This document shows, piece by piece, positions 47,450 to 59,500 of a stretch of DNA of 64,000 nt. The translations under genes were made by a program, and so were the position numbers. Position 1 is the stretch's first letter, and each line of letters starts with the position of its first letter. The DNA comes from Alloascoidea hylecoeti (lineage: Eukaryota): contig BCKZ01000005.1 in NCBI GenBank assembly GCA_001600815.1, positions 71,532-135,531 of the forward strand. The letters are read 5' to 3'. Below the pieces are notes generated by a model. It ran no database searches. It saw only the letters and a list, made by a program, of their open reading frames with translations, and was not told where the DNA came from.

Positions 47450-49141
47450 TTATAGCTTGTATGTAATTGTAGAAGATGTATTCTTACCTTCTTCTAAAGG
47501 TTGTGGAGCTGGGATTGTACCAACAGAAACAGGATTTAGTGGATGAATAGCAGCGGCTGGAACAGCACCAGGAACAGGAATACCATTAACTGAAATGGGG
47601 GCATCATGCCATTGTGATTTAATAGAACTATTGAAGAAGTTGTCACCGTATTCAACAACATCGGCAATATACTTTCCAACAGCTGGCAAATTCTTAAGAC
47701 CAAAGCTGAATTCACCAGTACCGAGAACAAGATTCTTATAAGATGGATGTTCACCAATAAACAAAGGCGTTGGTCGCTCAACAGGCAATGTAAGAGCAGG
47801 CAATGGGAAAATCTTGGTAGAATCGTCAACATCTTCTGTGGTAATAACAGCACCTGGAGTCTTTTGAACAACTTCAATAACAGTTTCATCACCAGCAGGT
47901 GTGGTTGTGGTTGTGGTAGTAGTAACATCAATACCAACATCCTTAGCATCGCCAGAAATAACAGTCTTCTCAGCAATAATTGTATCACCAGATTCGGTAA
48001 CAGCACCCTTAACATTATTTTCCTCATCGAAAATCAAAGAAGTAACCTTTCCTGAGACAAATTTAGCACCAAGCTTTTGTAATTCTTGTCTGATAGCTTT
48101 TAATGTATCCAATTCTTTTTCACCTTCATAGTATTGATAAGTAGCATTGAATTTTTGAGTGTCAGTGACATCATCATATTTATAAGAAGAGTATTTCTCT
48201 TCTGGAGATGAATACTCATTGGCAGCTTCAAACTTACCTCTAAAGAATGGGTCTGTTTGCCATAATTTAGCTGCTTCAACAGCAATTTCAGTCTCCTCGG
48301 TTGGCTTGACGTAAGTAGTTTCGGTCTTGACAGCAGTAGCTGGTGCAGTATAAGAAGTTTCCTCGGTAATGACAGTTGGTTCACCGTAAACGTATGGGGT
48401 TGGTTTAGGAGCAGTCCAAGTCTTCTTTTCCTCAACAACTTCAACTTCTGGAGCAGCATTGGTATATGTTGTTTCAACAACCTTTGGTTCAGTGTACACA
48501 AATGGTGTTCTTGCTGGCTTAGTGGTGGTATATGTTGTTTCGACAGTTTTTGGTTGGGAATAAACAAAAGGGGTCTTAGTAGAGTAAGTAGTTTCCTCTC
48601 TAACAACAGTTGGTGGTTGAGGTGCGGCATAAGTTGGAGGAGCGGAACCATAAGTTGTTGTTGTCTCCTTAACGACCTTTGGAGAATCTGGAGCATCAGC
48701 ATAAACAGTCTCATAAACTGGGTAAGGAACACCAGTTGGACCTTGTCTAATATAAGTAGGTTTGGGTGGTAAAGCAGGAGTTGAAGTAGTAGTGGTTTCC
48801 TCCTTTATCACTTTATTGTCATCTATGTATGTGGTAGTTTGAGAAACAGTTGGTTTTGGTGGAAGAGGTGGAGCAATAACAAAAGGAGTTTGAGCACTAG
48901 AAGGTTCATAGCTTGTAGTTTGAATGGTTGAGTAAGGGCCTTCTTCAGTTGTTGTTGTTGTCTTAACTTCCTTTTTGGTGTCAACTCCGGGGATTTTATC
49001 GACATTTGGGTCAACAATTGTGACATTTTTGTACCCTTGTCTTAAAAGCCAAAGGGATGTGGACAAACCATAAGCACCACCGCCAATGATAAGAATTGGG
49101 GCGTTTTTATCAGCAGGGGGTGTTGGAAGATCTTGAGCCAT
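47450..49141 (-). CDS. Sarcosine/pipecolate/fructosyl-amine oxidase-derived protein with a large Pro/Thr/Tyr-rich insertion
   Basis: ATG 49141 with a TATA upstream; ILIIGGGAYGLSTSLWLLRQGYKNVTIVD Rossmann motif; C-terminal EHPSYKNLVLGTG...GLKNLPAVGKYIAD; 563 codons with no stops. Confidence 0.8.
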   Translation of the reverse strand: MAQDLPTPPADKNAPILIIGGGAYGLSTSLWLLRQGYKNVTIVDPNVDKIPGVDTKKEVKTTTTTEEGPYSTIQTTSYEPSSAQTPFVIAPPLPPKPTVSQTTTYIDDNKVIKEETTTTSTPALPPKPTYIRQGPTGVPYPVYETVYADAPDSPKVVKETTTTYGSAPPTYAAPQPPTVVREETTYSTKTPFVYSQPKTVETTYTTTKPARTPFVYTEPKVVETTYTNAAPEVEVVEEKKTWTAPKPTPYVYGEPTVITEETSYTAPATAVKTETTYVKPTEETEIAVEAAKLWQTDPFFRGKFEAANEYSSPEEKYSSYKYDDVTDTQKFNATYQYYEGEKELDTLKAIRQELQKLGAKFVSGKVTSLIFDEENNVKGAVTESGDTIIAEKTVISGDAKDVGIDVTTTTTTTTPAGDETVIEVVQKTPGAVITTEDVDDSTKIFPLPALTLPVERPTPLFIGEHPSYKNLVLGTGEFSFGLKNLPAVGKYIADVVEYGDNFFNSSIKSQWHDAPISVNGIPVPGAVPAAAIHPLNPVSVGTIPAPQPLEEGKNTSSTITYKL

Positions 49142-50014
49142 TGTTAAATAGGAATGATGTATTCTATTAAAAGAGGGTTGTGTGAAGAAGAAGAAGAGTT
49201 CAGGGGAGGTTAAGTAGAAATTTATATGAGCAATTGCCAATGCCAACTTCCAGCCTCCTCCATAAATGTGTTGCAAACAAATCTCTATTATAATATATCA
49301 TAATTTTGCATCTTTTCCACGACAACTCACTCTAATGCAAATGCACATATGCATTGCACAATTCAAAGAAAATACTGCATATGGCGTAGTACATGCTGCA
49401 CTCTGCCTATTTGTAAGAATTTTCAACATCCGCCGCCTCCTATTCCCATAAATATTATTGTAATTGGCCAATTTTGTTAACTTCCCGCTTCCTTTCTGTT
49501 TTCGCTTCTTGTTTTACAATTTTCTTCTATTTACTTTTAACTGGATTCGGTACAGAGTCAACGAAACATATAGCCAACCTCTTCCTTGCCCTCCATTATT
49601 CAATATTTTGCATATTTTGTAGCATGATCAAGGGTATTGTAATGCTCAACTGCTAGCTTTATGTTATGGAGACCTCTTCATCATTAATATTGTCAAGGCA
49701 AATAAATATATAAATGCACGCGCACGCCTCTATTTTTAGCTCCTTTATAATTTTGCTGGCGATGGATTAATATTTCAAATCGATGTCCTATAGTTATAGC
49801 AAATGTAAAGATCTAGAGTAAAAAGCATGGCCACAATTACAACACATTAAAATATATCGACTGAAATAAAATAGCTTAAATTATTTATACGGAATTCATA
49901 TTACTATGATGTGATTAATAGTCAATGGTAACTACATTTAAAATTAACGATTAATTCGTTGCAACGAAAACAAAAAGAAACAAACAATATTGCAATTTCT
50001 ACTTATAATAATAA

Positions 50015-51760
50015 TTAGACTTTTTCATCAGGTTTCTTCTCCTGTTCCATGCTATCTAATATCCTCTCATTTTCTGCAGCATCCATAGCATTTAATTCAG
50101 CTTCAATTGCATTATACTTCTTAAATAATACCCAAAATATACATCCAGTGATTCCAGTAGCTATTGCTAATCCGGTATACATCCAGACCAATTGTGGATC
50201 TTTAGCGGTTGGTGAAACTGCCATTCCAAGCAATGCACCAAAAGCATTGGTGAGCAAAAACATTGACATGATAAATGACTTCATACTGGCTGGAGCTTTG
50301 GTATAGGCGTATTCAAGACCTGTAATGGAAGCAAAAACTTCAGACAATCCAATTAAAACATAGGCTGGAGTTTGAATTGCTATGTGAATTTCATTTGGTA
50401 GGGTAGAACCATCTTCTAACATTCCAGCAGGACAGTCTCTTGGATGGTCGTAACATGGCCCGGCGTTATAAACAAGTTTTTGAACAATTGCAGCATATCC
50501 CATAGAAGCAGCAGCCAATAAAAATCCCCATGTAATTCTCGTTATTGGTTTGAATTTGATACCAATCTTTCTTAATCCTGGATAAACCAACTTATCACAA
50601 ATTGGAATGAAAATGATTAATGTTATAGGATTAATATTTTGCATGATATCATTTGGAATTCCATGTGTTTGCATCGTACCACCTTGAGAAATAAAATTAT
50701 TAACCATCTGTCCATAAACTGTCCAATAAATTGGGTAAAAGCAAAATACTTTACAAGCATAAATGGCTCTCTTGACTTCTTCAACATATTGATCAGTCCA
50801 TTTGACTGGACTAGAACCATTTTCTTGTCGGATTGTTGGTTTGGCAGCTTCAAAGTTTTTATTCCTTACCGCGATAAATATAACTTTAAAAGCATCAATA
50901 ATAACTGATCCCTTTGGTGGTTTATTAACATATCGTTTTTTACCAGCAACTAAAACAATAAGTCCAACAAAGAAAAAACAAAATGGTAATAGATATGCTG
51001 ACCAAAATCCAATTTTCATTTCCATTGTTGTTGTTGCAATTGCTGATAATGATCCAACATTAATACAAAAATAAAAAATCATAAAAATTGATTGAATTGT
51101 AATGGATGGATCAACAACTACTTTTTCACCTGTTTTTTTCAATGTTTTAGTTCTATATCTAGTATTTGTATATTGTTCGGCAATTAATGGTGAAACATTT
51201 GATTTAATTCCACCTGTTCCAAGGCCGATAATAATCATTGCTGCAATAAGACCACCAAGAGAGGCACCATTTTTTTCAATAGCAGAAGGTAATGCCGTAG
51301 TAAATAAAATCAAAATACCAAATGAATAAAAACATGCAAAATAGAAGATTGTCTTGTATTTACCCCAGTAAGTATCAGCAATATAGGCTCCTAATAATGG
51401 AGTCACATAACACCAAAATTGGAAGAAATAAGATAATGCGGTAGCACCTGATTGCCCAAGTCCAAGAGCACCCGGAGGATCTTTACTACTTCTATCATTT
51501 TGCATATAATTCATAAAGGGTCCACTTAGACCATAATAAGCAAATCTTTCACACAACTCGACAACAGCAATTAGCCATACAGATAAAGGAAGCGAATCTT
51601 TGACATGACGAAGAGTAAGAAATTCTTCTGAATCTATCTCGACAATAGAATCATCATCATTTTCTTCATCATTAGTGATGGTAGCAACTGGACGTACTGT
51701 TGCAGGCAAATCCTTTGATTCCCGTACAGATGAGGAAGACCTTGAGACTCGAGACGCCAT
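50015..51760 (-). CDS. PTR2: POT/PTR family di/tripeptide transporter
   Basis: ELCERFAYYG, YIADTYWGKYKTI, GTGGIKSNV, FYFCINVGSL, GLEYAYTKAP. Confidence 0.93.
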   Translation of the reverse strand: MASRVSRSSSSVRESKDLPATVRPVATITNDEENDDDSIVEIDSEEFLTLRHVKDSLPLSVWLIAVVELCERFAYYGLSGPFMNYMQNDRSSKDPPGALGLGQSGATALSYFFQFWCYVTPLLGAYIADTYWGKYKTIFYFACFYSFGILILFTTALPSAIEKNGASLGGLIAAMIIIGLGTGGIKSNVSPLIAEQYTNTRYRTKTLKKTGEKVVVDPSITIQSIFMIFYFCINVGSLSAIATTTMEMKIGFWSAYLLPFCFFFVGLIVLVAGKKRYVNKPPKGSVIIDAFKVIFIAVRNKNFEAAKPTIRQENGSSPVKWTDQYVEEVKRAIYACKVFCFYPIYWTVYGQMVNNFISQGGTMQTHGIPNDIMQNINPITLIIFIPICDKLVYPGLRKIGIKFKPITRITWGFLLAAASMGYAAIVQKLVYNAGPCYDHPRDCPAGMLEDGSTLPNEIHIAIQTPAYVLIGLSEVFASITGLEYAYTKAPASMKSFIMSMFLLTNAFGALLGMAVSPTAKDPQLVWMYTGLAIATGITGCIFWVLFKKYNAIEAELNAMDAAENERILDSMEQEKKPDEKV

Positions 51761-53858
51761 TAGGTTGTGCAAATATATATATATATAGAAATATTTTAGA
51801 CTACTTAGAAATCTAAAAGAAAGAAAACTCTCTGTTTAAATACTTTAGTTGATATTACACGGAAGAAATATATGCATTTAAATTATTGGATCAATATTGC
51901 CAAGACCCTGCATGATTATTCGCAAGCGTATTCTTATTACGTTACATACAGCCCACTAGCCAATCTGATGATAACTCACTATTTCACTATCAATTTAACC
52001 TTCTTATTTTGCTTTCCTTTGCTATGAAGCAAAATCTAAAATATCACGGAACTTAAAAAGTATCTTGTAGGTTTTCATTGACTTAACTTGTCATTCTTAT
52101 CATTATGTTGGTATAAATGTTACAGCGGGTGTACAATCGATAACAATTAATTACCCAATCACCTTTAAGTAATGTGGTGCCGTGTGGTCTTGAATATAAA
52201 CATCATTTAGAGCTTTATATACGGCTAAATAATAATAAGGTATGCCAAAAAATATGAAGCTTAAAAGTCATGAATAAATCATGGTCGACGGAAAAATCTA
52301 TAAACTAAAAGATAATACATCAAATTTTTCAATATTTAAGATATTTGAGAAAAATTCAATTGCAAATGTTTAATTAAAACTAATGAAGTTTAGTCGCGGC
52401 AGATCCAATTAAGCTTCAATGTTGTATTGAGCTATTGCTACAAATATGAAGCAATAACATCAATTTTATAGATCTAAATACAATCCCTAAGCTTCGAAAC
52501 GATTATAATGATATTAAAACTAAGCAAAGAACAATTTTTTAAACCTGAGCTAGCTAATCAAGATGAATTTCAAGTAAGAACTAACCTCTATCCATAAGGT
52601 TAATTAATGGACAAATTCAAAAGATTATAAAAACGAATCAATGATTTTAGGTAAGTCTCATACTTAATCCTATCTTCAAATATTAATTAAGTATTGGTGG
52701 TTAAGTTCCTAGGTTTCATGGTATAAGCTTATAACTCATGGCTGCCAGGATGGCTAGCAGAGGTAAGAGATTACTCTAGATCTTATATTTTATTAACACT
52801 AACAATATTTTCACCGTTGAAAAAAAGTATTAGCATTACTAGGTGTCTTTTTGAAGAGGACAAATGAAATTTTATTACTAGGAAAGATAGCGGATAAAGT
52901 CTTTAGATTTTCCACTTATGATTGATCAATTCAAAATAGGAAGCTACTTATGAACATAGCTTTGAAATATAACATACATTAGAGTGGGTTCCCTAACTCA
53001 AGATTGAACGGTAATATAACTATATTAAATTTTTCACTTGCAATATCTACTAGTTAAATGAGTTTCACACGCAAAAAATACATTTCTAATAACGTGGAAA
53101 GAGGTATTGCTGAATGAATGAAATATCTTGAGATTTTTTAAAAAATAGTTTCATCAAAAATATGTTATGTTGAATACTGTTAACCAAATTAAAAGTATTT
53201 CGATCTCACTATAATTTTAGCAATTTCGTTTGAAGAAGAAGGAAATTTCATATTCAGAGATTAACAAATTAATAAATCTAATATTATCCTGTCTAATTTT
53301 TGCTCTTAATTGTATCAAGCCATCAAAGAGGATGCACCTACCGCGTTATCACATTGGGATGATTTTAACACCTGATAATCGTGTTTCAAAACATTCTCCT
53401 CTTTATATTTTTGTGGTATATTATAAGTATATAAGTTATAGGCTAAATGATTCCGCCATTGGAACATAATTTGCAGTAACTTGTTATACTTCTCAAACTT
53501 AAGTTTCATTATGGCAAATTACTTAGAAGATTTTTTATATTTTCTATTATTATGTGAATTCGTAATTAACAATAGGTGATCCTGCATATTTGATATTCGC
53601 TCCTTGATTATGCGGATAATTTAATATTTTAATCATTACCGGTAATAAAATATATAAAAACAAACAATAATTTCATTATATTCAGAGTTGGATAAATAAG
53701 AGAATGTATCTTTCACAAGCTAAATGTGTTAAAAGAAATTCCGTTAGGCTTGAAAAAGAAGGCTCAAGCCTGAATGAATTAGGGTGAAGAACTTCTTTAA
53801 ATTTATACATTATGATTGATGATATGAGGGTTTCTTATCATCATGATATCCATATAGT

Positions 53859-54595
53859 TTAGAATCCAACAACATTTTGAGCAGTATATGGCTCTTCCAA
53901 GTATTTGATGTCTTCAACACTAAGAACCACTTTAATCACTTCAACAGCCTCATCAATTCTGATTTCACTACTTACAAAACGGAATCATTTCTCTCTCTTC
54001 CTCTCTATATATTAAATTATAGAAATTTTGCATAGAGATGAATTTTGTCAAGTTATGTTTCTCTGCTATGAATTGTAATTGTGCAAAGTCAACGGCTCTC
54101 ATACTTGAAGCTCCAATGTAACGAGCTTTACCCGATCTGACGATATCATTCAAGGTAGTCATGATCTCTAACTTTGGTGTCGTGGGGTCCAATCTATGAA
54201 TCTGATACACATCAATATACGTTCCAAGTCTTTCAATGGAGTCATCTACGGCATCCATCAAATGCTTCCTTGATAATCCAACTTGATTAACATATTTCTG
54301 TTTTGGATTGACAGGCCCAGATCCTGATTTAACCAGATCAGTGGCAGGTGGTTTACCAACAGGATCGGAAATAAAGAAACATTTGGTTAAAATAACAACA
54401 GTTGATCTTTTAATTGAATACCTTTTAAGGAATTTTCCTAATAAGATTTCTGATTTCCCGTTACTATAACTATCTGCAGTAATCATATGTTCTAATACCA
54501 ACATCGTAAGCTTTCTTTATTAACGAAAATACTTTTTCTTCATCCTCAATTACCATGATTCCTCACCATATGACATACAGCCCATAATAATTTTT
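53859..54595 (-). pseudogene. Pseudogene copy of the AKR at 25876-26919
   Basis: Near-identical core; start region deleted, +1 insertion near 54481, 10-bp deletion near 54553, ~250-bp internal deletion at ~53971. Confidence 0.92.
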
Positions 54596-56396
54596 ACGAA
54601 TAAATGCACTCAAAAATTGGTTTTTCAAACTCCGTTTTGCTTATTGTATCAAACATTTCTAACAATCTTGATACACTTTATTTAGTCATATAAGAGGTCA
54701 TATATATAAATATTGTAAGTATGAAACGATTTATTTTAGGTATAGACCATACGGTTTATGATTAATCCTTTAGATTCTCATTGAAGTACGGAATTTCCAC
54801 CGTGAGTTCGGTATTATGGAGGGAAGTATTCGATGGATGGGTGGTTTTTCAAAAATTACCCTTTTTGATATAAAACTTACTTATCACCCAGACACCGAAC
54901 ATATAACTCCCCTTTTTCCGAAAACACACCCACTTAAGCGCCGAATATTTCTCTCCATAATATCTAGTTACACTTCTATAAGAAGTTTAATTAATATTGT
55001 ATGATAAAAATTTAACGTTTACATTATTTTTATCAGTAGTATTTACTATAATAATATAAGATAATAGCCATATATCATCCATTTTATGTTATATCGATAT
55101 ATCGTTTATCGCGTTGCTAATCAATAAGTTGAAACACCTCATTTGAAACTATAAATCGAATTAACTTAAATTATATTTATTGTAATTTAGATAAATTCAA
55201 GACTCTGTAGAGTCTCTATGTATTATATATTTCAAAGACTGGGTGATTCGGTAGATACATGTATATTTTTTATAATGGAGGCAAACTATCGGTACAAATA
55301 GGAAAATATTTAGTCACGTACCTAAATTAACTACCGGTATATATTAAAAAATCGATATATCTTTCATCTTTCATATGCATGTTTGAAATATAAAAACTAA
55401 TCCGTACGATGAAAACATACTACCAACTATATTTTGGGAAAGACTAACATTATTGCTTATAAATTAAAGCCCATAATGGAATTCGTTTCTAGTGGGTGGA
55501 ATTATTTATCTTATCGCCTTATAAGGTACCTTATAACGTTAACAATATAGATATGAATCATATGATATAAAAGGTTAAGAAATATGTTTTAATCAGAGTT
55601 ATCATGATTAGGCACTCTTACAGGCATTGAAACCTTCCCCATCATTAATGATCATGAGAAATTAGAATATACCCCCATTTTAAATTTATAATATTAACGC
55701 ATGTTGAGTAATTTTTATTATGTATATAAGCATTATATATTTTTTTTTTCACTATAGCTACATGTATACCGATATAATTTATTTCTTACTCATAATAACG
55801 GATTTATTACAGATCTAATATTAATGAATAATAAAGATTCGTACTTTTTATGAGTTCATTTATCATACTAAGAGAAAATGAAATACATGAACACCATATA
55901 TTATCGTGATCATAACCATGAAACATAATAGAAATAGTTATAAAAAATGTGAAAATAAAGATTTAAACAATTGCAAAACAGTCAGTGTGCATAAAAAAGT
56001 GAAATGAAAATGAGATTAGCTATAGTAAAATCAGGTATATATAAACAGATACTAAAAAAGATAAAAGATAAAGAGAAAAAAGGGAAGATTCAGATCTTAT
56101 GAAGAATGAAAAATATGAATAATGTTAATATTAATAGTTGAAACTATATGTAAAAACCGATAAAAACTGCGGAGATAGCCAAAATTTAGTACATTAATTT
56201 GTGATAAAAGAAAAAAGAAAAAGCAAACAAAACGATAAAAATTTATAAAGATGAGAGATATATGCAAAGAAATCAACAGAAAATAGTTCTTAAAATTCAT
56301 CGTTACTTCCAAATATCCATTTAGTTTGGAAGATAAACATGTTTTTGGTTGGTTAGTTGCTTTCCTGGGTTTAGAGGGAATACTGGAATATAAACA

Positions 56397-57501
56397 TCAA
56401 CCCCTAAGTTTAGTGCTGCCCTCATTATCGCTAGATTCTTCCTCTTCCTCTTCCTCTTCTTCATCATTATTATCCATTAAGCTATCACTTTCGTAACTTT
56501 CTAAATCATCTTCTTCCATTTCTTCCTCATCTGAGTCATACACCCAAAATTCGTCACCAACTTCTTCCTCAACCTTTGGTGGTTCAGATTCTCCCACGTA
56601 AGCAGTACTAGCTTTTGGCATTATGAAACCTTCAGGAATATCCTGTTTTGATCTTTGAACATCTAAGTCCACACGTTTTTTATATGCTTCGTGATCTTTT
56701 TTCCATTCTACAGCAGCATCAACATTTGCAGGCGAGGATATATTTGGGTCTTCTAATAACGAGACGATGCTTATTAGCACAGATTCAACACTTTGAGCTG
56801 GAGACCACGTTTCCGCATCTAGTTCTCCGCTGGTGGGGTCACCCGAAGAGTGCAAGATAGAAATGCACAAACGACCATCCCTATAAACATTTGGATGATA
56901 AATAGCTGGGGTGAATCTGAATGTTGGAGGAGAAAAGGGAAAATCCTGTGGGAATCTCATTTGGGCCTATAATAATGTTAGTTCTATATAATTAATAAAC
57001 ATAAGGGGTGGTCACACAACCACCAAAAAATGAAAATAAGATATCACATACTTTAAAGTAGCCACCGTGATAGGCAGATTCTTCATTTAGAACCATTACA
57101 CCGACATTCCTGCGTTTGGTTAGTCATATATTCTTTCAACGGAGATCTTCGTGGCCAACATACCAAATGTAAATATTGTCATCTTCCAGCTATAAACCAA
57201 AAAACAAAAATTAAACTGTTAAAAAGTTATCCCAACAAAAGATAATCAGAAATATTTAACAACATTCTCGGGCAAACTTTCATCTGCTCATCGGATGACG
57301 ATGCATCAAACGAGACAAAAGCGAAGCAAACTCAGAACAAAGCTAAACAAAGTTGAAACAAAGCCAACAAGAGCATAAGATAAATAGTAATATTAGAATA
57401 TAAAAACATACCGAAATATGGAAAGAGGGGATGGCTTTCTTCGAGTCCGTTAACTCTCTGAACTGCCTTAGCAATAAAGAAGCACTTGCTGGGTTAATCA
57501 T
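56397..57501 (-). CDS. CDC34: Ubiquitin-conjugating enzyme Cdc34 (Ubc3); 4 exons (57501-57412, 57189-57164, 57109-57052, 56966-56397)
   Basis: Three GTATGT...YAG introns give MINPASASLLLRQFRELTDSKKAIPSFHIS-LEDDNIYIW-NVGVMVLNEESAYHGGYFK-AQMRFP...HPNVYRDGRLCISILH; acidic loop insertion and acidic tail. Confidence 0.92.
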
Positions 57502-57997
57502 CGAGGAATAAAAGATACGTAAATAATCGGCGAGTCAGGATGTAAAACTAAGGTCGTTTGTTTATATTTCTGGGGGTGAAAAAAGTCTAAGCAGAGTTAT
57601 TAGGTGTTTGCAGATGGAAGGCAAAAGTCGGAGAGGAGTAGGAAATGTTCCGAGTTCTGTTATATAAAAAAGAAGAGAAGGTTTGAAGGAGGAAAAAAGA
57701 GGTTTTAGATTTGGATTTTGGTCGTTATTATTAATACGCAACACGTGATGCCTCCACATAGCTGAAATTATATTTCTTTTCTTAAACACATAAATTTTAA
57801 ATCCATCCTTTTTAACCTTAAAATCAAAAAAATATCCAGCACTATACACAAATACAAAGGAAATACGTTCATTCAAATAATTCATATATTGATAACATAC
57901 GTAGTTACAACTATGCTACTTACTTAAATAAACATCATAATTTTTGATTTTTACAATCAACAACTCATAATTAAAGTTCAAACCCTAAGCCCATATA

Positions 57998-59500
57998 TTA
58001 AACCTCCTTTCGTTCAATTGCGATTCGGACGGCCTTAACTTGAGTATAATTATCTAATGCTTCCTCGCCCATTTCCCTTCCAATACCACTTTGGTTATAA
58101 CCACCGAATGGAACTTGGTGATGGAATGCATTATATGTATTGACCCAAACAGTACCAGAATTTAGTCTATTTGCAACATCAATAGCCTTATTGATATCGG
58201 TTGTATGAATACCGGCACCAAGACCATAAATGGAGTCATTAGCCGCATCAACAACTTCATCAACAGTATGAAATTTGCTAATTGTGACAACTGGTCCAAA
58301 AATCTCTTCCCTAACAATCTTCATATTTTCTTTGACATCAGCAAAAATTGTTGGTGTAATAAAATAACCTTTTCCGTTTGGTGATGCATGTTTTTCACCA
58401 CCAGTAACAATTCTGGCACCAGCTGCTTTACCTTCTTCAATACATCCAAGAATTTTATCTAATTGAACTCTAGAAGTTTGAGCACCTTGGAAAACACCTT
58501 CCTCAAATGGATCTCCAACAACTGTATTTTCAGCTTTTTCTTTGAAAGCTTTTAAAACTTCCTCGTAAACTGTATCTTGAACATAAATCCTTGACCCGGC
58601 ACAACATACTTCACCAGAGTTATAATAAATACCAAAATGAATCCAATCAACTGCTTTTTTAAGATCAGCATCCGAAAATATAATATGTGGTGACTTACCA
58701 CCGAGTTCTAAAGTAATTTTCTTTAAATTAGATGAAGCAGCAGCTCTCATTATAAGTCTACCAGTTGCAGTTGAACCTGTAAAAGCAACTTTTTTAACCT
58801 TTTCGTGAAGTGCAATGGCACTACCAGCAGTTTTACCGAATCCAGAAATAACATTAAATACACCAGGTGGGAATCCAACCTTTTTCATAAGCTGTGCAGC
58901 ATATAATGCAGATAATGGAGTTGATTCTGCAGTCTTCATAACAACTGTATTACCCGTTGCAATAGCCGGACCAATTTTCCAAGACCACATTAATAGTGGG
59001 AAATTCCATGGAATGATTTGACCACAAACACCAAGAGGTTCTCTTCTTGTATAGTTAAAATGACTATCATTGGTATCAATCATTTTTCCGTATACTTTAT
59101 CAGCCCAACCTGCATAATTTCTAATAACATTGACAACTAATTGAACATCACCTCTTGCCCATTGTAAAGCCTTACCATTATCAAGTGATTCAATAGATGC
59201 AATTATTTCGGCATCTTTTTCAATTTCATCAGCAAGTCTGAAAAGTAAGAGTCCACGATATGCTGGGTCTGTATTTTTCCAGGTTTGAAAAGCCTTATCA
59301 GCGGCATCAACAGCAACATCGACATCTTCCGCCAAAGCTTCATAAACTTCTGTGATAACCTCTTCAGTTGCTGGGTTTTCAACGGGGAATGTCTTACCAG
59401 CTATAGATGGAATGAATTCATTGTTAATGAAAAGACCAGTTGGTTGTTCATAAGAAAGACCATTAGGTAAATTGATTGTAACAGAAAGTGGTAAAGTCAT
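57998..59500 (-). CDS. NAD(P)-dependent aldehyde dehydrogenase (ALDH1/2 type, no presequence, likely cytosolic)
   Basis: [21 protein letters not shown], catalytic Cys in [18 protein letters not shown]. Confidence 0.93.
   Translation of the reverse strand: MTLPLSVTINLPNGLSYEQPTGLFINNEFIPSIAGKTFPVENPATEEVITEVYEALAEDVDVAVDAADKAFQTWKNTDPAYRGLLLFRLADEIEKDAEIIASIESLDNGKALQWARGDVQLVVNVIRNYAGWADKVYGKMIDTNDSHFNYTRREPLGVCGQIIPWNFPLLMWSWKIGPAIATGNTVVMKTAESTPLSALYAAQLMKKVGFPPGVFNVISGFGKTAGSAIALHEKVKKVAFTGSTATGRLIMRAAASSNLKKITLELGGKSPHIIFSDADLKKAVDWIHFGIYYNSGEVCCAGSRIYVQDTVYEEVLKAFKEKAENTVVGDPFEEGVFQGAQTSRVQLDKILGCIEEGKAAGARIVTGGEKHASPNGKGYFITPTIFADVKENMKIVREEIFGPVVTISKFHTVDEVVDAANDSIYGLGAGIHTTDINKAIDVANRLNSGTVWVNTYNAFHHQVPFGGYNQSGIGREMGEEALDNYTQVKAVRIAIERKEV

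Noticed and set aside
47536..49026. Long alternate-frame ORFs inside the FAD-oxidase-like gene
   Set aside because: Expected shadows of a repetitive, codon-biased CDS
53746..53771. 8-bp inverted repeat AGGCTTGA/TCAAGCCT
   Set aside because: Short and isolated; expected by chance in 64 kb
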